This document shows positions 54,699-63,743 of a stretch of 64,000 nucleotides of DNA, one piece after another. The notes beneath the pieces are model-generated. The model was not told the origin of the DNA and ran no database searches. It worked only from the letters and a program-made list of their open reading frames with translations. A program made the translations under genes and the position numbers. The DNA is from Burkholderiales bacterium (GTDB lineage Bacteria > Pseudomonadota > Gammaproteobacteria > Burkholderiales > Burkholderiaceae_E): positions 2,489 to 66,488 of the forward strand of contig RPRK01000006.1 of the NCBI GenBank assembly GCA_003818495.1, in the 5' to 3' direction. Each line of letters opens with the position of its first letter. Positions within the stretch are counted from its first letter, which is position 1.

Positions 54699-57038
54699 AT
54701 GCACGCACCGCACCTGCCCCCCCGTTCGTCTCCGGTCACGGCCCGACGCACCCCGGCCCCGTTCACCCTGCTGCCGATCGCCGCGCTGCTGTTCGGTCTC
54801 GGCCATGGCGCGGCCTTCGGCCAGGCGGCGCCGCCCGCCGAACCCGCCGGCGGCACCGCCACCGCGCCCGCCTCGGGCGCCGGCACCGCGCCCGCCACCG
54901 GCGCCGAGACCGTGATGCCCGCCGTCCGCGCGCGCGGCGCCGCCGAGGCCGCGAGCGGCAAGGACTCGCTGCGCGCGACGACGACCACGATCGGCAAGGG
55001 GCGGCAGGAGATCCGCGACGTGCCGCAGTCGATGACGGTGATCACCGAGCAGCTCATCGACGACCGCCACCTCGACACGATGAAGGACGCGCTGCGCGCC
55101 ACCGGCGGCGTGAGCTTCCAGGCGGCCGAGGGCGGCGAGGAGGACATCCGTCTGCGCGGCTTCTCGCTGCAGGCCTCGGGCGACATCTTCATCGACGGCA
55201 TCCGCGACCCGGCCTTCTACGACCGCGACAGCTTCGCGTGGGACCGGCTCGAAGTGCTGCGCGGTTCGGCCTCGATGCTCTTCGGACGCGGCTCGACCGG
55301 CGGCGTCGTCAACCAGGTGACCAAGCAGCCCTACCCGTGGCCGCAGCACGAGGTCTCGGCCACCGTCGGCACCGGCGGCTACCTGCGGGCGACCGGCGAC
55401 TTCAACGTCAAGACGGGCGATTCCGCCGCGCTGCGCATCAACGCGATGGGCAACGTCGCCGACAACGACGGCGCCGGGAGCCGGATCGACAAGCGCGGAC
55501 TGGCCGCGAGCTACCGCTGGGGGATCGGCGAGGCGAACGAGTTCTCGGCCTCGCTGCTGCACCTCGACACCGACAACGGCATCCACTACGGCCTGCCCTG
55601 GCTGACGCCGGGCCCGCGCACCGGCGGCGACCGACTGTGGACCACCGACCCGAAGCACTACTACGGGATGGACAGCGACTTCAATCGCAGCGGCACGGAC
55701 CAGGGCACGCTCACGCACCTGCACCGCTTCGGCGGCGGGGCCGAGTGGCGCACCGCGCTGCGCGTCGCGCGCTACGAGCGGGACCTCCGCGCCAGCGCGA
55801 TCCGCTTCGCGCCGGCCGCGCTGCAGCCGGGCGGGACGGCGGTCACCGCCGACACGTTCTCCGACGCCACCGTGCTGACCCGCGGCACGAACCTCAAGAT
55901 CCAGGAGATGCGGACCGCCTATCTGCAGAGCGACTACTCGGCCAAGCACCGCTGGGGCGGGTTCGAGCACGCGATCCAGGCCGGCGTGGACATCGGCGAC
56001 GAACGGTTCGAGAACTTCGGCGCGACGCTGCCGGCGGGCACGACGCTGGCCAAGCCGACGACCCGGGTCGGGACCCCCGACGACGGCGCGTGGATCGACG
56101 AGGGCCGCCGCCAGCTCGCCGTGAACCGCGGCTTCGACGCCCGGGCCTACGGCGCCTACCTGCAGGACCTGGTGCAGGTCGCGCCGATGTGGAAGGTGCT
56201 GGGCGGGGTGCGCTTCGACCGGCTCGAGGGGGAGTACACCAACCTCGGCGTCGCCGCGGCGGCGAACAACCCCTGCGCGGTCACGCCCGCGACCTCGATC
56301 GGCCGCAAGGACTCGCTGCCCAGCTACCGGGCCGGGGTGCTGTTCCAGCCGACCGACCAGCAGTCGTACCACCTGTCCTACGGCACCTCGTTCAACACCT
56401 CGGGCGACGCGTACCAGTACGACGCGGGCACGGTGAACGTCGACCCGGAGTCGAGCCGGAACATCGAACTGGGCGGGCGCATCGAGTCGCAGGACAAGCG
56501 CTTCAGCTCGCGCTTCGCGCTCTTCCATTCGACCAAGTTCAACGAGCGCAACCGCGACGCCGACAGCGTGAACGCGTGCAACTACGTGCTCTCGGGCGAG
56601 CGCCACGCGGCCGGCATCGAGCTCGACCTCGCGGGCCGCCTGCTGCCGCAGTGGGAGCTGTTCCTGTCCTATTCGTTCATCCCGATCGCCGAGGTCGACG
56701 CATCGACAGGCGCCGCCGGCACCGAGCAGGTCGGCTCGCGTCCGGGACTCACGCCGCGCCACAGCGGCTCGCTCTGGAGCACCTGGCGCGTGCTGCCGAA
56801 CCTGCGGGTGGGCGGCGGGCTCACCGCCCGCAGCAAGGACTCGCCGGCGGGTTCCACGATCGTCGCGCCGTCGCACGTGGTCTACGACCTGATGGGCGAA
56901 TACGCGTGGCGCGACCTGACCTTCAAGGCGAGCCTGCTGAACGTCGCCGACCGGCACTACGCGGACTTCCTGTACCGCGGCCACTACGTGCCCGGTCGCG
57001 CGCGCACGGCGCTGTTCACCGTGGCCTACCGATTCTGA
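54699..57038 (+). CDS. TonB-dependent siderophore receptor (catecholate/Fiu-like)
   Basis: ATG at 54699. Signal peptide. Plug domain (VPQSMTVITEQLIDD...IRLRGF...LEVLRGSASMLFGRGSTGGVVNQVTK). 22-strand-like barrel ending ...ALFTVAYRF. Confidence 0.9.
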   Translation: MHAPHLPPRSSPVTARRTPAPFTLLPIAALLFGLGHGAAFGQAAPPAEPAGGTATAPASGAGTAPATGAETVMPAVRARGAAEAASGKDSLRATTTTIGKGRQEIRDVPQSMTVITEQLIDDRHLDTMKDALRATGGVSFQAAEGGEEDIRLRGFSLQASGDIFIDGIRDPAFYDRDSFAWDRLEVLRGSASMLFGRGSTGGVVNQVTKQPYPWPQHEVSATVGTGGYLRATGDFNVKTGDSAALRINAMGNVADNDGAGSRIDKRGLAASYRWGIGEANEFSASLLHLDTDNGIHYGLPWLTPGPRTGGDRLWTTDPKHYYGMDSDFNRSGTDQGTLTHLHRFGGGAEWRTALRVARYERDLRASAIRFAPAALQPGGTAVTADTFSDATVLTRGTNLKIQEMRTAYLQSDYSAKHRWGGFEHAIQAGVDIGDERFENFGATLPAGTTLAKPTTRVGTPDDGAWIDEGRRQLAVNRGFDARAYGAYLQDLVQVAPMWKVLGGVRFDRLEGEYTNLGVAAAANNPCAVTPATSIGRKDSLPSYRAGVLFQPTDQQSYHLSYGTSFNTSGDAYQYDAGTVNVDPESSRNIELGGRIESQDKRFSSRFALFHSTKFNERNRDADSVNACNYVLSGERHAAGIELDLAGRLLPQWELFLSYSFIPIAEVDASTGAAGTEQVGSRPGLTPRHSGSLWSTWRVLPNLRVGGGLTARSKDSPAGSTIVAPSHVVYDLMGEYAWRDLTFKASLLNVADRHYADFLYRGHYVPGRARTALFTVAYRF

Positions 57039-57075
57039 CGCCCTCTCACGCATCGCTTCCGAACCGGAGACCCCG

Positions 57076-58272
57076 ATGGACCGCAGGCGGCTGCTCGAAC
57101 TCATCGCCGCGGGCATGGTGGCGCCGGCCGCGGGCGCGGCGCGGGCCGCCGCGTCCGCCGCATCCGGCACCCCCGGCCGCCCGAGCCACGCTTCGTCCCT
57201 GCTGCCCGTCGACCCGGGCCGCACGGACGATGCACCCGCGACGCGCCTCGCCGCCGCCTGGCGCGGCCTCGCGACCGACAGCGCCCAGCAGGTCGGTGCG
57301 ATCGAGATCGACTGGGCCGCGCGCGCGGTCCGGATCGCCTCGGTCGTGCCGGTGCCGAGCCGCGCGCACGGCCTGCTCGCCGAACCCGGCGGCGGCTGGC
57401 TCGCGATCGCGTTCCGCCCGGGATCGTGGCTGTGGCGCTTCGATGCGGACGGCCGCGTCACGGCACGCGCCTCGACCGACGACGAGCCGCACGGACGCAA
57501 GTTCACCGGCCACGTCATCGCGTCGCCCGACGGCGAGCGGCTCTTCACGTCCGAATACGACGCGGCGAGCGGCGAGGGCCGGATCGGCGTGCGCGATCGC
57601 CGGACGCTGCGCAAGCTCGACGAGTGGGCGAGCGGCGGCCTGGATCCGCACCACCTGACGACGGACGTACGGGGACGCCTGCTGATCGCCAACGGCGGGC
57701 TGCCGAGGGCGCCCGACGGGCGCAAGCGCGACCTCGATCGGATGGACTCGTCGCTGGTCGCGATGGACGCCTCGAGCGGCCGGCACCTCGACGCGTGGCG
57801 GCTGCAGGACCGCCGACTCGGCCTGCGTCACCTCGCATGGAGCACGGCGCCCGACGGCACGCCGCTGCTGGGCATCGCGCTGCAGGCCGAGCACGCCGAG
57901 CCGACACGTCGCGCGCAGGCGCCGGTGCTGGCGACCTGGGACGGCACCACGCTCGACGTGCCGAGCCGCGCCGCCGACGGCGAAGGCTACGCCGGCGACA
58001 TCGCGGCGGCCGCCGGCGGCTTCGTCGTGACCTGCCAGCCCGCCCGCGTCGCGCTGCACTGGGACGCGTCGCGCCCCGCGGCGCTGACCCCGATCGCGCG
58101 GATGCACGAGGCCTGCGCGGTCGCTCCGGTCGCGGTCGCGGACGGCGGCGTCGTGGTCGCGGGGGCGCTCGGCGTCGGTCGCTGGCATCCGGCGATGCCG
58201 GCGGTGATGCTGCGCTGGCCGATGCCGATGGCGCTCGACAACCATTGGGTCGAGCTGGCGCGGCCGGGCTGA
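57076..58272 (+). CDS. DUF1513-like Tat-exported protein (beta-propeller-like)
   Basis: Twin-arginine leader MDRRRLLELIAAGMVAPAAGAARA. HVIASPDGERLFTSEYD...GRIGVRD is reminiscent of DUF1513, which commonly accompanies iron-uptake clusters. Family call is from memory. Confidence 0.6.
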   Translation: MDRRRLLELIAAGMVAPAAGAARAAASAASGTPGRPSHASSLLPVDPGRTDDAPATRLAAAWRGLATDSAQQVGAIEIDWAARAVRIASVVPVPSRAHGLLAEPGGGWLAIAFRPGSWLWRFDADGRVTARASTDDEPHGRKFTGHVIASPDGERLFTSEYDAASGEGRIGVRDRRTLRKLDEWASGGLDPHHLTTDVRGRLLIANGGLPRAPDGRKRDLDRMDSSLVAMDASSGRHLDAWRLQDRRLGLRHLAWSTAPDGTPLLGIALQAEHAEPTRRAQAPVLATWDGTTLDVPSRAADGEGYAGDIAAAAGGFVVTCQPARVALHWDASRPAALTPIARMHEACAVAPVAVADGGVVVAGALGVGRWHPAMPAVMLRWPMPMALDNHWVELARPG

Positions 58273-58342
58273 TCGAGCGCGGCGTGCGTCCGGTCCGGGC
58301 CCGGCGCGGGCCCCGTCGCGTCGAGGACGAGGACGGCCGGGC

Positions 58343-59509
58343 TCAGCGCCGCCTGCGCGTCCGGTGCACGTCGTGCGTGACGAACGCCGAGTCGCCCGCC
58401 CCGGGCGCCGGCCGCTCGAGCCAGTCCGGATGACCGAGCGTGGCGCTCAGGTCCGCGAGGCCGCTGCGCCAGTGATCGCGCATCGACAGCAGGCTGAACT
58501 GGTAGTCCTTGAAGTGGCCCTCGGAGTCCTTGTCGTCGTAGATCAGGTGGACGACGTTGACGCGACGGTCGTCGGCGAGGGCGGCGGCACGGCGCGCGGC
58601 CGGATGGTCGCGGTGCTCGGGCGGCACGAGCTCGAGCAGCTCGCGCAGCAGCTTCGCCTGGTCGGCCTCGGCGCGCAGCACGTCGGTCACCAGCCGGGTG
58701 CGGCTCGAGAACTGGATGTCCTTCTGCCGGTTCGCGACCTCGAACAGGTCGCGCGGCAACGCGCCGTGCGCGCTCCACAGGTCGACCTGGAACACCAGCG
58801 CGTCGCGGCGGTGCGACTGGCCGAGCACCGCCGCCAGAGGCGTGTTCGAGACGATGCCGCCGTCCCAGTACCAGCAGTCGCCGACCTTCACGGCGGGAAA
58901 GCCCGGGGGCAGCGCGCCCGAGGCCATGAAGTGCTCGGGCCCGAGCCGCTCCTCGCGGTTGTCGAAGTAGCGGAAGTTGCCGCTCGCGACGTCGACCACG
59001 CCGACCGACACGCGCATGGCGTCGGGTGCGGCGATGCGGTCGAAGTCGACGAAGCGCTCGAGCGTGGCGCGCAACGGCCCGGTGTCGTACCAGCTGGCGC
59101 CGCCCGGCCCGGGCCGGTGCACCGACCACGGCGGCGGCAGGCGCGGCGCGAAGAAGCCGTTCTGGCCCTCGAGCAGCGCGCGCCAGGCCTCGCCCGCGTT
59201 GACCGCGACCATCGCCGGCTCGAAGGCCTGCAGCCATGGCTCGAGGATCGCGGGCACCGCGTTGAGCGGCGAGGCCGGCAGCACCGGCGGGCGGCAGATC
59301 GTCTCCCAGAACTCGCGCAGCCGCTCGACGCGGGTCTCGCGCGGATTGCCCGCGAAGACCGCCGCGTTGAGCGCGCCGATCGAGATGCCGGCCACCCAGT
59401 TCGGCTCGATGCCGGCCTGCGCGAGGCCCTCGATCACACCGCCCTGATACGCGCCGAGCGCGCCGCCTCCCTGCAGCACCAGGCCGACCACCGGATAGCC
59501 GGCGGCCAC
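58343..59509 (-). CDS. Patatin-like phospholipase family protein
   Basis: Oxyanion GGGALG (LVLQGGGALGAYQ), nucleophile GISIGA (G-x-S-x-G), catalytic DGG (YWDGGIVSN). There is no ATG near the motif. Candidate starts are GTG 59509 or TTG 59536. The rest of track ORF 58343..60202 is Arg-rich shadow. Confidence 0.8.
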   Translation of the reverse strand: MAAGYPVVGLVLQGGGALGAYQGGVIEGLAQAGIEPNWVAGISIGALNAAVFAGNPRETRVERLREFWETICRPPVLPASPLNAVPAILEPWLQAFEPAMVAVNAGEAWRALLEGQNGFFAPRLPPPWSVHRPGPGGASWYDTGPLRATLERFVDFDRIAAPDAMRVSVGVVDVASGNFRYFDNREERLGPEHFMASGALPPGFPAVKVGDCWYWDGGIVSNTPLAAVLGQSHRRDALVFQVDLWSAHGALPRDLFEVANRQKDIQFSSRTRLVTDVLRAEADQAKLLRELLELVPPEHRDHPAARRAAALADDRRVNVVHLIYDDKDSEGHFKDYQFSLLSMRDHWRSGLADLSATLGHPDWLERPAPGAGDSAFVTHDVHRTRRRR

Positions 59510-59643
59510 CTCGGCGGGAGCCGGCGGGGCCTTCAAGCGCGGCCCCGCGGAACGTGGACGAGTCGGGGCCGGGCGGCGCGGGCGGGGATCGTGGCAGGGT
59601 GCATCGGTGGCCTCGGGGCGGATGGCATCCGCGACGGCCCATC

Positions 59644-60957
59644 TTATCCGGCGCGAGCGTCGCCACCTCCGATCGGTGCGGCGTCGAGACCGGCCCTCGA
59701 CCGCACGATCACCAGCGTCGACGCGGCGAAGCAGGCCGCGGCGGTCGCGATCGCCGCCCCCGGACCCGCATGCATCGCGATCGTGCCGCCGGCGAGCGCA
59801 CCGATCGGACGCACGCCGTAGACCGCGAGCTGCACGGTCGCCCCGACGCGGCCGAGCAGCGCCGGCGGCGTGGCGCGCTGCGTGAGCGTCGTGCGGCAGA
59901 CCTGCCAGAGCATCGGGCCGAATCCGACCAGCGCCTGCGCCGCGAAGCCGGCCGCGGCGCCGGGCACCGCGAGCATCAGCAGCATGGCGAGGGCCGCGCT
60001 CGCCGGTCCGCCGATCAGCACGGCGCGCTCGCTCGCCCGCGCGATCAGGCGGGGCGCGGCGAGCGCGCCCGCCAGCAGGCCCGCCCCGTAGCCCGCCTGG
60101 GTCAGGCCCGCGCCGGCCGCATCGAGCCCGATCACGCCGAGCGCGTACGGCACCCAGGCGGCGATCAGCACGAAGAAGCCGACGTTGAAGCAGACCGCGC
60201 ACAGCGCGATCGGCCGCAGCAGCGGATGCGACGCCACGAAGCGTGCGCCCTCGGCGATCGCGCGGGCCATCGGCTCGCGCGCCGGACCGGGCCGTTCGGC
60301 CGCGTCATCGGCTGCGGCTGCGGCTGCGGCTGCGGCTGCGGCTGCGGCTGCGGCTGCGGCTGCGGGCGCGGGCGCGCGCACGCGCACCGAGCAGGCGATC
60401 GCAGCCAGCGAGGCGGCCGCCGCCGCTGCGGGTGCCCAGCCCGCCCACGCCCGCTGCACGAGCAGGCCCGCGAGCACGGGCGCGACCAGCGTGACCAGCG
60501 CACGGGCGAGCTCGATGCGCGCGTTGGCCCGCGACAGGGCTGCCGGCGGCACGAGGGCGCGGACGGCGGGTACCGCCGCGAGCACGAAGAGCACCGTGCC
60601 GGCCGATGCGACGAAGGCCGCCGCCGCCAGCGCGGCGCCCGAACCCGCGAGGACCGCTCCGACCGCCGCGCTCCAGCCGACCGCCGAGATCGCCTGCGCG
60701 CGGGCGAGCATGCGCACGGGGCCGATGCGATCGACCCAGACGCCGCCCGGGAGCGTCACCGCGAGCCAGGCGGCACCGTGCGCGGCAACGAGCAGGCCGA
60801 CACCGGCCGCGTCCGCGCCGAGCAGCACCACGGCGAGCAGCGGCAGGGCCGCGAGCGCGAGCTGATCGGACAGGTGCGCGCCCGCAGCGGCAGCAAGCAG
60901 CGGCGCGGGCAGCGAGCGATCCGGGGCGTCGACGGCAGGGCTTGGCGGCGAAGGCAT
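59644..60957 (-). CDS. MFS transporter with poly-Ala central loop
   Basis: I start it at MPSPPSPAVD ('cat' at 60955-57). Twelve hydrophobic segments. The central loop contains an uninterrupted Ala run. Confidence 0.8.
   Translation of the reverse strand: MPSPPSPAVDAPDRSLPAPLLAAAAGAHLSDQLALAALPLLAVVLLGADAAGVGLLVAAHGAAWLAVTLPGGVWVDRIGPVRMLARAQAISAVGWSAAVGAVLAGSGAALAAAAFVASAGTVLFVLAAVPAVRALVPPAALSRANARIELARALVTLVAPVLAGLLVQRAWAGWAPAAAAAASLAAIACSVRVRAPAPAAAAAAAAAAAAAAAAAADDAAERPGPAREPMARAIAEGARFVASHPLLRPIALCAVCFNVGFFVLIAAWVPYALGVIGLDAAGAGLTQAGYGAGLLAGALAAPRLIARASERAVLIGGPASAALAMLLMLAVPGAAAGFAAQALVGFGPMLWQVCRTTLTQRATPPALLGRVGATVQLAVYGVRPIGALAGGTIAMHAGPGAAIATAAACFAASTLVIVRSRAGLDAAPIGGGDARAG
60311..60364. 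repeat. (GCTGCG)9 hexanucleotide microsatellite, in frame, encoding Ala18
   Basis: Nine perfect units counted directly. It lies in the central loop of the MFS gene. Confidence 0.95.
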
Positions 60958-61077
60958 CGGACGAGCATGCCGTCGGTTCCGGACGGCTGCTCGCCGTTTC
61001 CGGACCCCGCGGCAGCACGCGTGTGCGATACGCGCTCGGCGCGCCGGCGCGTGGCCGGGCCGGCGCACGCCGGCGGG

Positions 61078-61155
61078 CCGCTCAGCGCCCGCTCAGCGCC
61101 CGCTCAGCGCGCCGCTCAGCGCACGCTCAGTGCACGCTCAGCGCACGTTCAGCGC
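61078..61155. repeat. 7 x 11-12-nt tandem repeat ((C/A)CGCTCAGCGC)
   Basis: Units at 61078-88, 61089-99, 61100-10, 61111-22, 61123-33, 61134-44 and 61145-55. It spans the stop codon of the thioredoxin-TPR gene. Each unit carries TGA on the minus strand. Confidence 0.9.
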
Positions 61156-61992
61156 GCCGCCCAGCCTGCGCCGCCAGTCCGACACCAGCGCCGGCTGCGC
61201 GGCGGCCAGCTCGAAGACCTGCACCATCCGCCGCCGGCCGATGTCCTCCTGGAAGGCGCGGTCGCGCAGCACGATCTCCAGCAGCTGCTCGAGCGCCGGC
61301 TCCCAGTCCTTGTACTCGATCCAGTACTCGGCGAGGTCGAGGCGGGCCTGCAGGTCGGTCGGGTGCGCGGCGACACGGTCCAGCAGCTCGTGCGGGACCG
61401 GCGGCTTCGATGCGTCGACCGCATCGGCCACCTGCTGCATCAGCGCGCCGACCTGCGGGTCGGCCTTGGCGGCATCCGACAGCGCGTCGAGCTGGCCCTG
61501 CGCGGCGGCCGGCTCGCCCGCGCCCAGCAGCAGCTGCGCGTACAGCAGGCGGGCCGAGTCGTTCGAGGGGTCGAGCGCGATCGCCTTCTTCGCATGCTCG
61601 GTCGCGGCCGCCTCGTCGCCGCGGTCCAGCGCGGCGCCGGCCTGCTCGAGCTCGACGTCGGACGGGTTGGGCATCAGCCGGTCGATGAACTCGCGCAGCT
61701 TGCCCTCGGGCAGCGCACCCTGGAACTGGTCGACCGGCTGGCCGCCGACGAAGGCGTAGACCGTCGGGATCGACTTGATCCGAAAGTGCTGGGCGAGCTG
61801 CTGCTCGGCGTCGGTGTCGATCTTGACCAGCTTGAAGCGGCCGCCGTAGGCCTGTTCGAGCTTCTCGAGCATGGGGCCGAGCGACTTGCAGGGGCCGCAC
61901 CAGGGGGCCCAGAAATCGACCAGCACCGGCACCTGCATCGAGGCGTCGATGACGTCGGCCTGGAAGGACTGGAGGGTGGTGTCGGTGCTCAT
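61138..61992 (-). CDS. Thioredoxin-domain/TPR co-chaperone (YbbN/CnoX family)
   Basis: N-terminal thioredoxin fold with an intact WCGPC (VLVDFWAPWCGPCKSLGP), followed by TPR-like helical repeats. Confidence 0.85.
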   Translation of the reverse strand: MSTDTTLQSFQADVIDASMQVPVLVDFWAPWCGPCKSLGPMLEKLEQAYGGRFKLVKIDTDAEQQLAQHFRIKSIPTVYAFVGGQPVDQFQGALPEGKLREFIDRLMPNPSDVELEQAGAALDRGDEAAATEHAKKAIALDPSNDSARLLYAQLLLGAGEPAAAQGQLDALSDAAKADPQVGALMQQVADAVDASKPPVPHELLDRVAAHPTDLQARLDLAEYWIEYKDWEPALEQLLEIVLRDRAFQEDIGRRRMVQVFELAAAQPALVSDWRRRLGGALNVR

Positions 61993-62117
61993 GGCGTGGG
62001 GCGTCGAAGGGATCGGAGACCGCGATTGTGCACCCTCGCGCGCGACGGGGCATCGGGCCTTGTTCGGGCGGGCCGCGCGGCGGTGCTAGCATCGCCGCCA
62101 ACCGGAGGGTCGCGACG

Positions 62118-62696
62118 ATGGGCATGCTGCTGCTGGGTATGGTGCTGTTCCTGGGGGTGCACTCCGTGCGCGTCGTCTCGGACGACCTGCGCGGGGCCCT
62201 GATCGAGCGCCTCGGCGCCGGGGCCTACAAGGGCCTCTACTCGCTGGCCTCGATCGCCGGCTTCGTGCTGATCGTCTGGGGCTACGGCCTGACCCGCACG
62301 GCGCCGGTGGACCTCTGGATGCCGCCGGTCTGGACCCGGCACCTCGCCGCGCTGCTGACGATCCCGGCCTTCGTGCTGCTGGCGGCCGCCTACGTGCCGG
62401 GCACCCGGATCAAGGCCGCGGTCGGCCATCCGATGGTGCTGGGCGTCAAGGTCTGGGCGTTCGCGCACCTGATCGCCAACGGCCGGCTGGCCGACGTCGT
62501 GCTGTTCGGCGGCTTCCTCGCCTGGGCGGTCGTGCTGTACATCGCGTCGCGCAAGCGCGACCGGCGCACCGGCACCCGCTACGTGGCCGGCCCGGCCTCG
62601 CGTGACGTGATCGCGATCGTCGCCGGCCTGGGCGCCTGGGCGGCGTTCGCCTTCTGGCTGCACGCGGCGCTGATCGGCGTGCGGCCGTTCGGCTGA
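62118..62696 (+). CDS. NnrU-family membrane protein
   Basis: ATG at 62118, preceded by GGAGGG. MGMLLLGMVLFLGVHSVRVV...HPMVLGVKVWAFAHLIANG is the NnrU-type signature. Confidence 0.8.
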   Translation: MGMLLLGMVLFLGVHSVRVVSDDLRGALIERLGAGAYKGLYSLASIAGFVLIVWGYGLTRTAPVDLWMPPVWTRHLAALLTIPAFVLLAAAYVPGTRIKAAVGHPMVLGVKVWAFAHLIANGRLADVVLFGGFLAWAVVLYIASRKRDRRTGTRYVAGPASRDVIAIVAGLGAWAAFAFWLHAALIGVRPFG

Positions 62697-62728
62697 CGCA
62701 CCACCGGCGGCGGCGCCGCGTCGCGCCG

Positions 62729-63721
62729 TCAGGCGTCCCCGATCTCCACCACGATCTTGCCCGGCGCCTCGCGCCGCTCGAGCGCGCGCAGCGCATCGAT
62801 GGCGCGCCCGATCGGGAAGACCGCGCCCACCAGCGGCCGGAACGTGCCCTGCGCGACCAGCCGTGCGATCTCGCCCTGGATGCGCGGCGCATCGCCGGGG
62901 CGCTGGCGCAGCCACTCCCCGGCCCGCACGCCGATCACCGAATAGCTCTTGATCAGCACGTGGTTGGCGGCGAGGGTCGGGATGCGTCCGGCGGCGAAGC
63001 CGATCACCAGCAGCCGCCCGCCGAACGCGATGCAGCGCGTCGACCGGTCGAAGACGTCGCCGCCCACCGGGTCGTAGACCACGTCCGCGCCGTGCCCGCC
63101 GGTCAGCGCCTTGACCTGCTCGTGGAAGTCGCCGCGCGAGGACACCAGGTGGGTCGCGCCCATCGGACGCAGGCGTTCGAGCCAGGACGGGTCGCTGCCG
63201 GTGGCGATCACGGTGGCGCCGAGCGCCGCGCCGAGCTGCACCGCGGCCGCGCCCATGCCGCCGGTGGCGCCATGGACCAGCAGCGTCTCGCCGGCCCGCA
63301 GGCCGCCGCGCACCACCAGTGCCACGTACGCGGTCAGCGCGCCGATCTGCCAGCCCGCCGCGTCCGGCCAGTCCCAGCCCGTCGGCACCGGGGACAGCGC
63401 GGCGGCCGGGAACAGCGCGTGGTGCGCGATGCAGCCGGACTTGTCCGACACGCAGACCGCGTCGCCGACCTGCCAGCCGGTCACGCCCTCGCCCACCGCC
63501 TCGACGACGCCCGCACCCTCCATGCCGACCACGAAGGGCAGCGCCGGCTTGTGCTGGTAGCCGCCGCGGGTCATCAGCAGGTCGGGGAAGTTCAGCGCCG
63601 CCGCCCGCATCGACACCGCGACCTGTCCCGCCGCGGGAGGCGTCGGATCGACCGCGTCGAGGGAGACGCCGGCGAGGTCGTCGGCGAGGCGGTGGCAGCG
63701 CAGCGCGAGCGATCGGGACAT
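62729..63721 (-). CDS. NADPH:quinone oxidoreductase / zeta-crystallin-like MDR family
   Basis: LNFPDLLMTRGGYQHKPALPFVVGMEGAGVV...ETLLVHGATGGMGAAAVQLG (Rossmann AxxGxxG). Confidence 0.85.
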   Translation of the reverse strand: MSRSLALRCHRLADDLAGVSLDAVDPTPPAAGQVAVSMRAAALNFPDLLMTRGGYQHKPALPFVVGMEGAGVVEAVGEGVTGWQVGDAVCVSDKSGCIAHHALFPAAALSPVPTGWDWPDAAGWQIGALTAYVALVVRGGLRAGETLLVHGATGGMGAAAVQLGAALGATVIATGSDPSWLERLRPMGATHLVSSRGDFHEQVKALTGGHGADVVYDPVGGDVFDRSTRCIAFGGRLLVIGFAAGRIPTLAANHVLIKSYSVIGVRAGEWLRQRPGDAPRIQGEIARLVAQGTFRPLVGAVFPIGRAIDALRALERREAPGKIVVEIGDA

Positions 63722-63743
63722 GGTCGGCTCCCCGGGGATGCGG

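Noticed and set aside
58343-59509. The patatin-like lipase as an effector of a CBASS-like or other defence system.
   Set aside because: No cyclase or nucleotidyltransferase, sensor or other defence-type partner is adjacent. The neighbours are an iron-uptake cluster and an MFS transporter. The C-terminal region looks like the common housekeeping patatin/DUF3734 architecture.
60311-61155. The repeat arrays as a possible CRISPR locus.
   Set aside because: The units are 6 nt and 11-12 nt and are directly adjacent, with no spacers. One array is in frame inside a gene. There are no cas genes in the window.
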